Positions 1-12,741 of a stretch of 64,000 nt of DNA are shown here, piece by piece. The notes beneath the pieces are model-generated. The model saw only the letters and a program-made list of their open reading frames with translations, ran no database searches and was not told the DNA's origin. Origin of the DNA: Octopus sinensis. Taxonomy: Eukaryota. How positions within the stretch are numbered: the stretch's first letter is position 1; each line of letters begins with the position of its first letter. The stretch lies in NCBI RefSeq assembly GCF_006345805.1, contig NC_042998.1:19034001-19098000 (forward strand), written 5' to 3'. Made by a program: the position numbers and the translations under genes.

Positions 1-2
1 TA

Positions 3-125
3 CAAGGACAGTTGGAATGGGATTTGAAGTTACCTTCGTTATTGCTCGCTTATCGTTCGGCGACACATTAGAGTACTGGCTATACACCTGCAATGCTGAT
101 GTTGGGCCATGAAGTAAGGCCCCGG
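3..125 (+). mobile_element. Ty3/Gypsy LTR retrotransposon integrase C-terminal remnant (cut by window edge, internal stop)
   Basis: Frame 3 reads QGQLEWDLKLPSLLLAYRSATH*STGYTPAMLMLGHEVRP, matching the Gypsy integrase motif WD..LP..L.AYR...H.STG.TP..L..G.E.R; TAG at 69-71. Confidence 0.8.
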
Positions 126-199
126 TTGATCAACGGGGGAGGAGAAAAACCGCCAGCTATGTGAAACATCTGCCAGAGAGGTTTTCGGATGAAGTGATG

Positions 200-1022
200 A
201 AGCATCGGCTTTTATTTTGTATCAACAATTTTTTGCTTAGAGTTTTCATTGCCTATTATTTTCTATATTTTAAAAAACATTTTTGGCCTACATTGTTTTA
301 TCAACTATTATTTGCCTATATTTTGTATCAACTGTTTTTCGCTTATATTTTTCTCAACAATATTTTGCCTACATTTTTTCTCAACTATTGTTTGCCTACT
401 TCTCAACTAGTTTTTGCCTATAGTTTTGTCTATATTTTTTGCCATTTCATAAAACATGAAAAAATAGGCAACCAAGTAGCAAACATAGTTGACAAAAGAT
501 ATAGAGGCGAAAAATACTTGAAACAATATACGCAAAAATAGGTGATAAAAATGTAGGCAGATATATATTATATTGACGAAGAACAGTTCATAAAACAATA
601 AATATAGGCTAAAACCATAAGCAAAAACTATATGCTAAAAGATATTGGCAAGAAAGCGTTCACATTTCATAAAAAATACAGGCATAACTAAAGGCAAAAA
701 TATAGGCAAAACTATAGCCGCAAAACATATTGGCAAAATATAGGCTGAATCTAGAGGCAAAAAATTTAGACTGAGGTTATAGGCAAATTATACCTATTGT
801 CGCCTATAGAGCTGTCTATAATTTCAGCCTATAGGTTTTGTCGCCTATAATTTTGCCTATAGCTTGTCTATAGTTCCGTCTATAGTTTTTTACCTATAGT
901 TTGCCGTAGTAATTTCAACCTATGGTTTGTGTATAGATCTTATAGTTTTAGCCTATAGTTTTGCCTATAAGTTTTCCTATAGTAATTTCAGCCTATTGAT
1001 TTGCCTATAGTTTTAGCCTAAA
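200..1022. repeat. Degenerate ~10-13 bp minisatellite (TTTTGCCTATAG-like) with two orientation switches
   Basis: TTTGCCTA(TAG) units at ~200-440 and ~790-1020; the reverse complement (CTATAGGCAAAA) at ~450-790. Confidence 0.7.
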
Positions 1023-1024
1023 AG

Positions 1025-1540
1025 TTTAGGTCACAGAGATCTTGCTAAAGACCAGACATGACTTCTTTACCATGTTGATATGATACAGAGAGGTCAGGTC
1101 AAAATTTACTGTGCCTATATATGTTGCAGGCTCAGGAATGTGTGAACGCCAAGATTCCAAGCCCTAGTAAGTGATATCCAAAATGTTCTAATTCATTCCC
1201 TGTATGTCTGGTTTTATATCTGCTTGAATTCCTCAAAGAAACATTATTTTACAAAAGCTGAAGGAGTCCCTCACTTACAGTAGTTTTCCAACCACGCTTC
1301 CAGCAGATTAACACCCTTTTCAGAGGGCCCGTGCTATTGCTCGTTACTTCTTGAATCTACAGGAGACTTATCCGTCTTTTAGACAGGATTTGAATTCAAT
1401 ACTGATGGGTTCCTACCAACAATTCTCATCAGGCAAACCCAGCTGGGTTGCTATCGCAGGCATCGGAGATCCGACTTTGGACCATATTGAATGCTAAATT
1501 CCTCGTTACTGGTAGCACTCATGATACATCTCACAAGTGA
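1025..1540 (+). pseudogene. Unidentified protein-coding remnant 'X' (copies at ~8120-8620 and ~12170-12670)
   Basis: Non-repetitive sequence translating, with stops and frameshifts, to LGHRDLAKDQT*LLYHVDMIQRGQVKIYCAY...HPFQRARAIARYFLNLQETYPSFRQDLNSILMGSYQQFSSGKPSWVAIAGIGDPTLDHIEC. Family not recognised. Confidence 0.4.
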
Positions 1541-1617
1541 CCTGATGTACACAAGCTCATACACACGGTGATCACACACACGTAAATATATGTGTGTGTA
1601 TATTTGTGATTATATAT

Positions 1618-1648
<31 letters not shown>

Positions 1649-1649
1649 G

Positions 1650-1728
<79 letters not shown>

Positions 1729-1769
1729 TATACATATATATCATATATTATATATTTTAATATAATTGT

Positions 1770-1960
1770 TATTTTATAGGTTTTGTATACTTTAGTTCAA
1801 TAAAATTAAACCTAATAAAGTTCTTGATACAGGCTGTGACTTCAAATCGACGTGTAATAACATGGAGAAATTTTGACTTCCTAGTTTCGCTTAAACACGT
1901 ATATACAAAAGGGAGGAGAGGGAGACAGGGAAAGAGAGTGAGGGAGAGAGGGACAGATAC

Positions 1961-1991
<31 letters not shown>

Positions 1992-2210
1992 GAAAGGGAT
2001 ACAAATAGACAAAGAGTGACAATGCCAGAAAAAGACAGAGAAAGCCACACACAGAGTCTGTATGTGTTTTTGTACGCATGGGTGAGCACGTGTGTAGCGT
2101 GTGTTTGTGTGGGTGCGTGTATGTACGAGTGTGTGTGTGGGTGTTTGTGTGTGTGTTTGTGTGTGTGTGTGTGACTGTGTGGAAATAAATGGAACTTTGA
2201 CACGATGTAG
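1770..2210 (-). repeat. Repeat block 'A' (CA/GA microsatellite-containing), inverted relative to copies at ~7290-7745, ~9335-9890, ~13385-13970
   Basis: Reverse complement of 7430-7670, e.g. TAGTTTCGCTTAAACACGTATATAC vs GTATATACGTGTTTAAGCGAAACTA; similar peptides recur in the ORF track. Confidence 0.85.
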
Positions 2211-2293
2211 ACAATAGTGTCGATTACTTGTAAGCGTTTTAGATTTCAATGCTTCTATGAACAAAACGAAAGCGTTATACACACATCACTCGT

Positions 2294-2369
<76 letters not shown>

Positions 2370-2590
2370 TTTACAATCATACATATGTGTCTGTGTGTGT
2401 GTGTATGTGTATATGTGTATACATTTATATGACTCTTCCTACACATGATATAGTTCAATATTAAAGAGATAAGGAATTATGTACGTTATTTACAACTGAC
2501 GGATATTTCTCCTTAAGTTGCTTGTTGTTAACACTGCGTTTCGGCCGATATACCGTCCAGCCTTCATCTTCCTACATATGTATATATATT

Positions 2591-2663
<73 letters not shown>

Positions 2664-2949
2664 ATGTATATATATATATATAGAGCGAGAGAGAGAATGA
2701 GAGACAGACAGACAGAGGGAGAGAGAAGAGGAGAGAGAGTAGGATAGACAGAGATACAAACATATCCACACGCACACACACACACGCACAGAATATACAC
2801 ACACATATCTGCATATGTAAGAAGAAAGAAATATGATAGCAAGGAACTGATTATGGTCGAATGTATTCTACTGAAAGCAAATATATTGTTTCTTATGCAT
2901 ATAATATTTATTAATTATTGTAAAATAATTTCAAATCTTGCAACAGTAT

Positions 2950-4305
2950 GAAAATAAATTGTGAATGTTCAAATTGTTTAAGGTGTGGAGAAAAACTTTT
3001 TCTTTTAGTAACAATTTATATTTGTTAAATGAAATGATAACAAATCCTAATTTGTGTTAGGTACAGCGAAAAAATTTCAGGCCAGTGGATTACAAAGATT
3101 TGAAAAAAGCTTCTGCTTTACTCTTACTACAAGCGGATATAGTTGACACATATTTTATTCAACCAATCACAAGATAAGAATGAGAAAAATAGACCACATC
3201 TCACAAGTTGTGAAAAAACTAGCTCCTTGTAAAGCACCCACGAATGAATGAAGCAGAAAGGAAAATCACAACAAAAAGTTTGTGCAGCACGACGAAGTGG
3301 AGCATTAGGAGAAATTCAGCATGTGTCAGGGGGAACGCGTTTGAAAATAAAGTACAAAACAGATACAACAAGACTTGAGATTTTGGTTCAATATGCTGAG
3401 TAACATAATGCAGCACAATAACTTTCTCAAGGACAACGTGAATAGATTTCAAAACAAGATCCTGAGTAGCTTCTTTAATTACACAAATACCCTTCTCAAC
3501 AATGAAGACAGCAGCTCATAGCTCAGAATAAAATTATCAAAGGAGGTAAAGGTGGATGATGAACGACACGTGAGAGCGTCATATAGATTCTGTGCTACAA
3601 ACACCTGTGAACGTAACTCGGCAAAATCTTGTTTTAATGAACATGAGATACCATTTTTTCATGTCTAATACATAATATGCAAGGATACATCAAAGAAGCA
3701 TTCGCTAAACCTTAGTTCACTATTTGCTGCAAATTCAGTTTAATTTGTATTTGAAAAATAGCAAATTACCCAGATGAATTACATAAATTGTCTATAAACA
3801 ATTCACTAGAAGCGATATATTTCAGAAGAAATCTTTGGAAGTTCATTGCGTGCTGGAAATGTGAAGAATTAAAGCAAATACGGCAACAGTTTCTAGAGAT
3901 TTTTCCAAACACAGAATTCACAGGGTAGTTTACAGAATTTATGAAATATATATGTTGTTACTAATGCACCGTTTTACATGAAATATCAATTATCCGATTC
4001 TGAAGATCAAATTCGACGCCGTGTATTGAGAATGACTGTATATATAGAAAACAAAATATTTTGACACTCTTAGTTTCCGAACATTTCATTTTGTTTTGGC
4101 TTCTGCAAACAAGATTAACTTCGCATCATCGCTGCCGCCCTAACAGAAAGCTAAGCGATGAAATAAGTGGTGAGCTTCCTGGAAATGTATTTATACTAGG
4201 AAGCGTAGCTTCATTGATAGTGAAAAATCAATTTGGTCTTTATCCTGTACCAAAGTATTTGAATTCATTAAATATAAATAATGTAAATGTTATAGCAATT
4301 TAGTT
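2950..4305 (+). pseudogene. Unidentified long coding remnant 'B' (partial copies at ~7745-8060, ~11310-12120, ~14550-15520)
   Basis: Protein-like stretches linked by stops and frameshifts: LYLLNEMITNPNLC*VQRKNFRPVDYKDLKKASALLLLQADIVDTYF; QIQQDLRFWFNMLSNIMQHNNFLKDNVNRFQNKILSSFFNYTN; YFRRNLWKFIACWKCEELKQIRQQFLEIFPNTEFTG. Confidence 0.4.
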
Positions 4306-4329
4306 CATCACAATTTAATTTCTCTCCCT

Positions 4330-4374
<45 letters not shown>

Positions 4375-4434
4375 TACACATAAACACACGTATGCACACA
4401 CACACATACACACACACACACATATAAATAGATA

Positions 4435-5665
4435 TAACAGGTATAATCAAAATTGCTTTCAGATGTTCACTGTTGATGTTTTGGCCACTTGTATCTCCAT
4501 ATTATGATATTAACTTGATACATCCTTTTGTCAAACATAACTCAATTGTTCGTTCTTTATTTTACCACTTAAATAATGAGCAGTGAAAGAATATGGCATT
4601 AGACCCATTTCACGCAACTTGTAGATAATAGGACTAAATGCAACCGCATTAGCACAAGTAATTAACAACGTGAAAGATTCAGATATTGTCAACCAAAATG
4701 TGGCACAAATCTGGTTCAGATGTTTCAAGGAAAGAGATTCTAGTCCCGTAGACAACTCTATTATAACATAGATCTCCTGTTGTGGAACATAAGGCGTTGC
4801 TTGAAATGACTGATCAACAGCAGAACACAAGCGCTCCTACATCGTCCGCAGAACTTGGTCCGTCACAAAGCATCATCAAAACTCGGCCTTATGAACAGAC
4901 GCTGTCGAGAAGTTCCTCATGAACTGAACAAAGACCAGGCTTAACAAGACGTATGAACTTTTGCAAACAACTGCTGAGAAATCTTCGGCACTTTTGGGTT
5001 TTGCTTCGACTTGTAACTGGGGATGAAAAATCAATGAAGTTCCTATTCCTCATAAAAGGAATCAGCGGTTTCGTTCTGACCACAGTTCAGAATCTGTTTT
5101 CAAATAAGAGCGGTTTGACCTCGAGTTTATCGTATATGTTTGATGAAATTTCAAGGGGATGCTGATACTTCAGGCTTCTCACAGTTTGTCATGCTGAGAA
5201 CAGCAAATTTCATTCCCTACGACAGCAACGAATTCATGATGCTTTCAAAGCCCAATGCTCGGCACTGATCAATCGGAGACCTGCAACAGTATAGCATGAA
5301 AATGCCCATACACCAATTGCATATGTGACCGAAAATTTGAGGATCGTGTGGTGCTGGAAGCATCGTTTCACTTTGGCTTAAGTACAGACTTTGCACAATT
5401 AGATTATCACCTTTTCCGAGACAAGGCACACTTCTTGCTTGACGGAAGTTAAACGATGTGTTTGGGGGTGAAAATGATTGCAGGGAGTGTATATTTTGTC
5501 TTCGAGCCTGCCTTAGGTTTTAAGCGCGGACCTGAGCTTTCTCGCACAGGCAACAGAAAATCATGGGACATATTGTGATGAATAAAGGCTTTTTGCATGG
5601 AAATTGTTGGAAATATTAATAAAGATTGAAGTACGTCCAAGCGTTTGCCTGAACCTGGCATATGT
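4435..5665 (+). mobile_element. Decayed mariner (Tc1/mariner) transposon
   Basis: Peptides NATALAQVINNVKDSDIVNQNVAQIWFRCFKERD, EVPHELNKDQA, RLVTGDEKS, V*HENAH and STDFAQLDYHLFR correspond to the mariner HTH, WVPHEL, TGDEKW, HDNARPH and YSPDLAPSDYHLF motifs. Ends approximate. Confidence 0.85.
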
Positions 5666-5818
5666 GTTTAATATGTATGTGTTTTAAAATATATATATAT
5701 ATATATGTGAGGCATATTTTATTTTAGTATTCGACCTTACTATTCGATTTTACTATTCTTCACACGGAAAAAAATGTATTAAATTATTTTCTTTCTATAT
5801 TTTTAGGAATCTGTATAA

Positions 5819-6226
5819 AGCGGCGAACTGGCGGAATCGTTAAAACGCTGGACGAAATGCTTAGCGGTATTTCGTCTGTCGTTACGTTGTGAGTTCAAAT
5901 TCCGCCGAGGTCAACTTTGCCTTTCATCCTTTCGGGGTCGATAAATTAAGTACCAGTTACGCTCTGGGGTCGATATAATCGACTTAATACGTATGTCTGT
6001 CCTTGTTTGTCCCCTCTATGTTTAGCCCCTTGTGGGTAATAAAGAAATAGGTATTTCGTCTGCCGCTACGTTCTGAGTTCAAATTACGCCGAGGTCGATT
6101 TTGCCTTTCATCTCTTCGGGATCGATAAATTAAGTACCAGTTACTCACTGTGGTCGATGTAATCGGCTTAATCCCTTTGTTTATCCACTCTATATTTAGC
6201 CCCTTGTAGATAGTAAAGAAATAGGT
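5819..6226 (+). mobile_element. SINE family F1 (GGCGGCGAGCTGGCAGAA head) with internal module duplication
   Basis: Shared head and body (GAGTTCAAATTCCGCCGAGGTCGACTTTGCCTTTCATCC) with copies at 16594, 21450, 28097, 28341. Confidence 0.85.
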
Positions 6227-6296
6227 GCCCATATATGCATGCATATATACATATATCATTTTTATTTTACACATACACACACACACACAACACAGA

Positions 6297-6327
<31 letters not shown>

Positions 6328-6328
<1 letters not shown>

Positions 6329-7255
6329 ATAACAAAGAGTAAAATTAATTAATTAAGAAATAACTAATAATTTCACCAAGTAGAATTCGGTATGAAAAGG
6401 ACCATTTCACTGTAAACTTAAGTAATACTTAATAACAGGGTTCAGCAAAGATTTGCTTCACCACACACCGAAGTTTAGAAATAGCAGCCAAAAATCTTAG
6501 ATATTTCTTCTGCTTTAAATAGGGACTCCTAGAGAAACCAAAATACTTGAAGATAATTCACACAGCAGAGACTAAAGCAACGAAAATCAATCAATATCTG
6601 GTCATCCATGGACGCGCGTTTCGAATTAGGTTTTGCATAAAGAATATAAAATTATACTTTACGAAACCTTTTATTAAGTATTACTTAAGTTTACCGTGAC
6701 ATGGTCTTTTCATACCGAATTCTACTGGGTGAAATTATTAGTTACTTCTTAATTAATTCATTTTACCCTTTGTTATTATTGATAATAGAATTTTCTACCC
6801 GAGAAAAAAATGCAGATTTTTTTCTGAAGTAGTTTACTTGAAGACACACGCGGACGGGCTGGGGAAGCTAAGCGAATCTCATTCATATTTTGAATTCGGC
6901 GGTACTAACACTGAATATGATCTGTCTAATGCCGTTAGGTGTAGAGATATATTCAACTATCGAATTATTGTGGAATTGCCATGCTGATGAAGAAAATGTT
7001 TAGTAAAGTATAATTTTATATTCTTTATGCAAAACCTAATTCCGAAACGCGCGTCCTTGGATGACCAGATATTGATCGATTTTCGTTGCTTTACTCTCTG
7101 CTGTGTGAATTATCTTCAAATACGAGACAAAAAGGATGCCAACATTTTTGGTTTCTCTAGGAGTCCCTTTTTAAAGTAGAAGAAATAGCTAAGATTTTTG
7201 GCTGCTATATCTAAACTTCGGCGTGTGGTGAAGCAAATCTTTGCTGAACCCTTTA
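6328..7255. repeat. PLE-type repeat with shuffled inverted segments
   Basis: 6328-6442 is inverted against 6672-6780; 6445-6660 is inverted against ~7005-7255. Confidence 0.8.
6979..7060 (+). ncRNA. Type I hammerhead ribozyme-like motif (long imperfect stem II, probably decayed)
   Basis: CCATG-CTGATGA-(53 nt)-GAAAC-GCGC-GTC-CTTGG. The inverted partial copy at ~6605-6625 has the fully pairing CATGG. Confidence 0.6.
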
Positions 7256-7438
7256 TATAATTATAATATATATATATATACTAATTCCACAAACACACAC
7301 ACGCACACACTCGCACATACACGCACCACGCAGACACAGGCTACACACGTGCACACGCATGCGTACAAAAACACATACACCTTCTGTGTGTGACTTTCTC
7401 TGTCTTTTTCTGGCCTTGTCACTCTCTGTCTATTTGTT

Positions 7439-7469
<31 letters not shown>

Positions 7470-7744
7470 GTGTCTGTCCCTCTCTCCCTCACTCTCTTTC
7501 CCTGTCTCCCTCTCCTCCTTTTTGTATATACGTGTTTAAGCGAAACTAGGAAGTCAAAATTTCGCCATTTTATTACACGTCGATTTGAAGTTACAGCCTG
7601 TATCAAGAACTTTATTAGGTTTAATTGTATTGAACTAAAGTATACAAAACCTATAAAATAACGACATATACGAATATATAATACATATGAAAAAGGTAAC
7701 AGAAAAAAATCATAAGGAAGTATACAAAGCGTAAAAACCACGTT

Positions 7745-8646
7745 CATAAATTGTCTATAAACGATTCTTCAGAAGTAATATATTTCAGGAGATATCTTTG
7801 GACGTTCAGTGCCTGCTGGAAATGTGAAGCATTAATGCAAATATTGTAACAGTATCTAGAGATCTTTCCATACACAGAATTCACAGGGTAGTTTATAGAA
7901 TTTATAAAATATATATGATGTTACTAATTCACCGCTTTACATGAAATATCAATTATCCGATTCTAAAGATCAAATTCGAGAACGTGTTCAGAGATTGACT
8001 GTATATATAGAAACAAAATAGTTTGGCACTCTTAGTTTCCGAACATTTAATTTTTCTTAGTAAGCAACTGAATGTCGAGTAAGCAACTGAATGTCGCCTC
8101 GCCGGCGAATGCACCACTTATAATTTCAGGCTACAGAGGTCTTGCTATAGAGCAGACACGACTTCTCTACCACGTTGATAGGATCCAGAGAGGTCAGGTC
8201 AAAATATGCTGTGCCTATATAGGTTTCAGGCTCAGGAATGTGATCTCAAGCCATAGTAAGTGATATCCAAAAAGTTCTATTCCATTCCCTGTACCTCTGG
8301 ATTAATATCTGAGTGAATTTATCAAAGAAACATTACTTTACAAAAAGCTGAGTGAGTCCCACATTCCCAGTAGTTTCCAGGCTTTTTAGAGTGTCCGTGC
8401 TATTGCTTGATATTACTTGAATTTACAGGAGGCTTATCCGTCTTTTAGACAGGACTTGAATTTATTACTGCTAGGTTCCTACGAACACTTCCCATAAGCA
8501 AATCTAGTGGGGTTGTCAGTGCAGACATCGCTGATCCGCCTATGAACCATATTGAATGCTAGATTCCCCGTTATTAGTAGCACTGATGACAGATCTCACA
8601 AGTGACCTGATATACGCAAGCTCATACACACGATAATCACACACAC

Positions 8647-8693
<47 letters not shown>

Positions 8694-9582
8694 TTGTGGA
8701 GGCGCAATGGCCGTGGTTAGGGCAGCGGACTCGCCGTCATAGGATCGCGATTTCGATTCCCTGACCGGGCGTTATGAGTGTTTATTGAGCGAAAACACCT
8801 AAAGTTCAACGAGGCTCCGGCAGGGGATGGTGGTGACCCAGCTGTACTTTCACCACAGCTTTCTCTCACTCTTACTTCCGGTTTCTGTTGTACCTATTTC
8901 AAAGGGCCGGCCTTGTCACTCTCTGTGTCACGCTGAATATCCCCGAGAACTACGTTAAGGGTACACTTGTCTGTGGAGTGCTCAGCCACTTACACGTTAA
9001 TTTCACGAGCAGGCTGTTCCGTTGATTCGGATCAACCGGAACCCTCGCTGTCGTAACCGACGGAGTGCTTCCATATAATTATTATTTGAGGGAATAAAAT
9101 CCAAACTTACAAGGAAAAAGATTTCAATTTAGAAAAACTAATTCAAATTCCACACAATATAATATATATATATATAATATTAGAAAGAAAACACCTTTTA
9201 TCAATTCCAAATGAATAATTAAATTACACCATCTAGAAAATTACATATAATAGACAAGTTAAAATTAAAATAACAATTAAAAAGTAGCGATTAAGTAAAT
9301 TACAAAAATAATAAAATATATATAATAGGTATATTTCCATTTATTTCCACACCGTCACAAACACACACGCACACAAACACACACATACATACAAACACAC
9401 ACAAACACACACAAGCACACACACACAAACACACACAAGCACACACTCGCACATACACGCACCACACAAACACACCCTACACACGCGTGCACGCATGCGT
9501 ACAAAAAAACACACACCTTTTGTGTGTATCTTTCTCTGTCTTTTTATGGCATTGTCACTCTTTGTCTATTTGTATCCCTTTC

Positions 9583-9613
<31 letters not shown>

Positions 9614-10423
9614 GTTTCTGTCCCTCTCTCCCTCACTCTCTTTCCCTGTCTCCCTCTCCTCCCTTTTGTATATACGTATTTAAGCGAAACTAGGAAGTCA
9701 AAATTTCGCCATGTTATTACACGTCGATTTGAAGTTACAGCCTGTGTCAAGAATTTTATTAGGTTTATTGTTTTTGAACTGAAGTATACAAAACCTATAA
9801 AATAACGACATATACGAATATATAATACATATGTAAAAGGTAACAGAAAAAACATAAGGAATTATACAAAGCGTAAAAACCTCGTTCATATACGGTCATG
9901 CCCCTATGCACTCATACTCACACACGCCCATATATGTACATACTCGCACATGTTTATATATGCATACACACACACGCATACACAAAAAATGAATATACAT
10001 ATGCCCCAAAAATAATTTTTTAAATACTGAGTAAAAACGTCTATATATATATATGCATTCTTGTGCCCGCACACACGCACACAACTAAAACTGCCCACTC
10101 ATACATATTCACACACGTGTACAAATGAATCTATATACACATCTATATAGGTACAGGAGAAAATGCAGGATGGAAGAATACAGAAAAAATTATTATGTGT
10201 GAAAATATAAACATATGAAATAATAAAAGGTATATTGAGGTAAAAAAAACTTTTGGGGACATAATATAGAAAGCAAGTTCTATCTGTTTTCTTGAGGGGA
10301 CCAAAAACGTAAGAAATATTTGACTATTGAGTAATTGTAACATATTATTTTATAGATAAATTTCCTCTATTTACATAATATTGAGGTCTCTTTCTTTCTT
10401 TTGTTATTTTACCGTTTTTACCA

Positions 10424-10430
<7 letters not shown>
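7745..10430 (+). repeat. Segmental tandem duplication, copy 1 (partner ~11758-14490)
   Basis: Near-identical by eye over ~2.7 kb at an offset of ~4.01-4.06 kb, including the shared SINE insertion. Confidence 0.95.
8695..9072 (+). mobile_element. tRNA-derived SINE family F3
   Basis: Pol III-like A box (TGGCC..TGG) and B box (TTCGATTCC) head; copies at 12743-13125 (+) and ~46690-46975 (-). Confidence 0.85.
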
Positions 10431-10460
<30 letters not shown>

Positions 10461-10641
10461 CTTAGTAATTATATATATATATATATATATAATTTATATA
10501 TACATATAAAGAGACTTAGTAATTTTTATATTTCTATTATATATATATATATAGATATTATATATATATATATATATATAATAGAATTATTAAAATTACT
10601 AAGTCCCTTTAAAAGAGATTACGACAGCGCTTCTGGAAATT

Positions 10642-10853
10642 AATAGTTATCGCCATACTAATATGGCATTCTTAAGAATAAGAATAAATCTATCGCTGAT
10701 TAGCTCCATGAAGTCAACGCCGGTTCGAAGGTTTAATAACGGACGCAGTTTGTGTGTCAAGTAGCTAGCTTGAGGCGATGGCTTCATGGAGCTAATCAGC
10801 GACAGCTTTATTCTTATTTTTAAGAATGCCATATTAGTATGGCAATAACTATT
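10642..10853. repeat. Inverted repeat, ~72 bp arms
   Basis: 10642-10713 is the reverse complement of 10782-10853 with few mismatches. Confidence 0.9.
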
Positions 10854-10925
10854 CATATATATATATATATACGTTTAAATATTTGTTGTGCAAGATTTTT
10901 TATGTGAAGTCGTGTGTTGACACAG

Positions 10926-11216
10926 ATATTGTTATATTTCGGAATAGTCATATTGCCAGTATAGCCAATAAAAACACACGCACTATATATTTGGTGTTAT
11001 TTTGCTTCAGTGATATTTATTTTTTACATTAATCTTAATCTTATTTCGGCCAAAGTTCTTTCGTCACACTCCTGTGACCGCATCAGTGGTCCTTTGTTTT
11101 CTTCTCACTTACTTGTGTCTCTCCTTACGGTTAAATATCACTGAAGCAAAATAACACCAAATATTAATGCGTGTGTTTGTATTGGCTATACTGGCAATAT
11201 GACCATTCCGAAATAT

Positions 11217-11224
<8 letters not shown>
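10926..11224. repeat. Inverted repeat, ~93 bp arms, spacer with a fossil hammerhead-like motif
   Basis: 10926-11019 vs 11132-11224. On the minus strand the spacer reads GACCA-CTGATGC-GGTCAC-aggagt-GTGAC-GAAAG. Confidence 0.85.
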
Positions 11225-11293
<69 letters not shown>

Positions 11294-11309
11294 ATATTAG
11301 AAAAAACCC

Positions 11310-12694
11310 AGGTGTTTGAACAAAAATTACAAAACTGATATATCAAGACCTGCGATTTTGGCTCAATATACTGAGCAAAATAATGCAGCACAATAACTTT
11401 CTCAAGCACAACGTGAAAAGATTTCATAACAAGAGTTATGAGTAGCTTCTTTATGTATACAAACGCCCTTCTCATGAATGAAGACTGTAGCTCATAGCTC
11501 AGAATAACATTTTCAAAGGAGGTAAAGGCGTATGATTAACGACACATGAGAGCGCGATATAGATTCTGTGCTACAAACATCTGTGAACCTAACTCGGCAA
11601 AATCTTCTTTTAATGATCATGAGATACCATTTTTCCACGTCTAATACATTATATGCAAGGATACATCAAAGAAGCATTCGCTAAACCTGAGTTCACTATT
11701 TGCTGAAAATTCAGTTTAATTTGTATTTGAAAAATAGCAAGTTACCCAAATGAATTACATAAATTGTCTATAAACGATTCTTCAGAAGTAATATATTTCA
11801 GAAAAAATCTTTGGACGTTCAGTGCCTGCTGGAAATGTGAAGCATTAAAGCAAATATTGTAACAGTATCTAGAGATCTTTCCATACACAGAATTCACAGG
11901 GTAGTTTATAGAATTTATAAAATATATATGATGTTACTAATTCACCGCTTTACATGAAATATCAATTATCCGATTCTAAAGATCAAATTCGAGAACGTGT
12001 TCAGAGATTGACTGTATATATAGAAACAAAATAGTTTGGCACTCTTAGTTTCCGAACATTTAATTTTTCTTAGTTTCTTCAAACAAGATTAACATACATG
12101 ATCGCTGATATGGCCACATGTTCGAGTAAGCAACTGAATGTCGCCTCGCCGGCGAATGCACCACTTATAATTTCAGGCTACAGAGGTCTTGCTATAGAGC
12201 AGACACGACTTCTCTAGCACGTTGATAGGATCCAGAGAGGTCAGGTCAAAATATGCTGTGCCTATATAGGTTTCAGGCTCAGGAATGTGATCTCAAGCCC
12301 TAGTAAGTGATATCCAAAAAGTTCTATTCCATTCCCTGTACCTCTGGATTAATATCTGAGTGAATTTATCAAAGAAACATTACTTTACAAAAAGCTGAGT
12401 GAGTCCCACATTCCCAGTAGTTTCCAGGCTTTTTAGAGTGTCCGTGCTATTGCTTGATATTACTTGAATTTACAGGTGGCTTATCCGTCTTTTAGACAGG
12501 ACTTGAATTTATTACTGCTAGGTTCCTACGAACACTTCCCATAAAGCAAATCTAGTGGGGTTGTCAGTGCAGACATCGCTGATCCGCCTATGAACCATAT
12601 TGAATGCTAGATTCCCCGTTATTAGTAGCACTGATGACAGATCTCACAAGTGACCTGATATACGCAAGCTCATACACACGATAATCACACACAC

Positions 12695-12741
<47 letters not shown>

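Noticed and set aside
3380-3420. LRFWFNML resembling the plexin LRFWVN motif
   Set aside because: Similarity limited to a few residues; the surrounding sequence does not match plexin.
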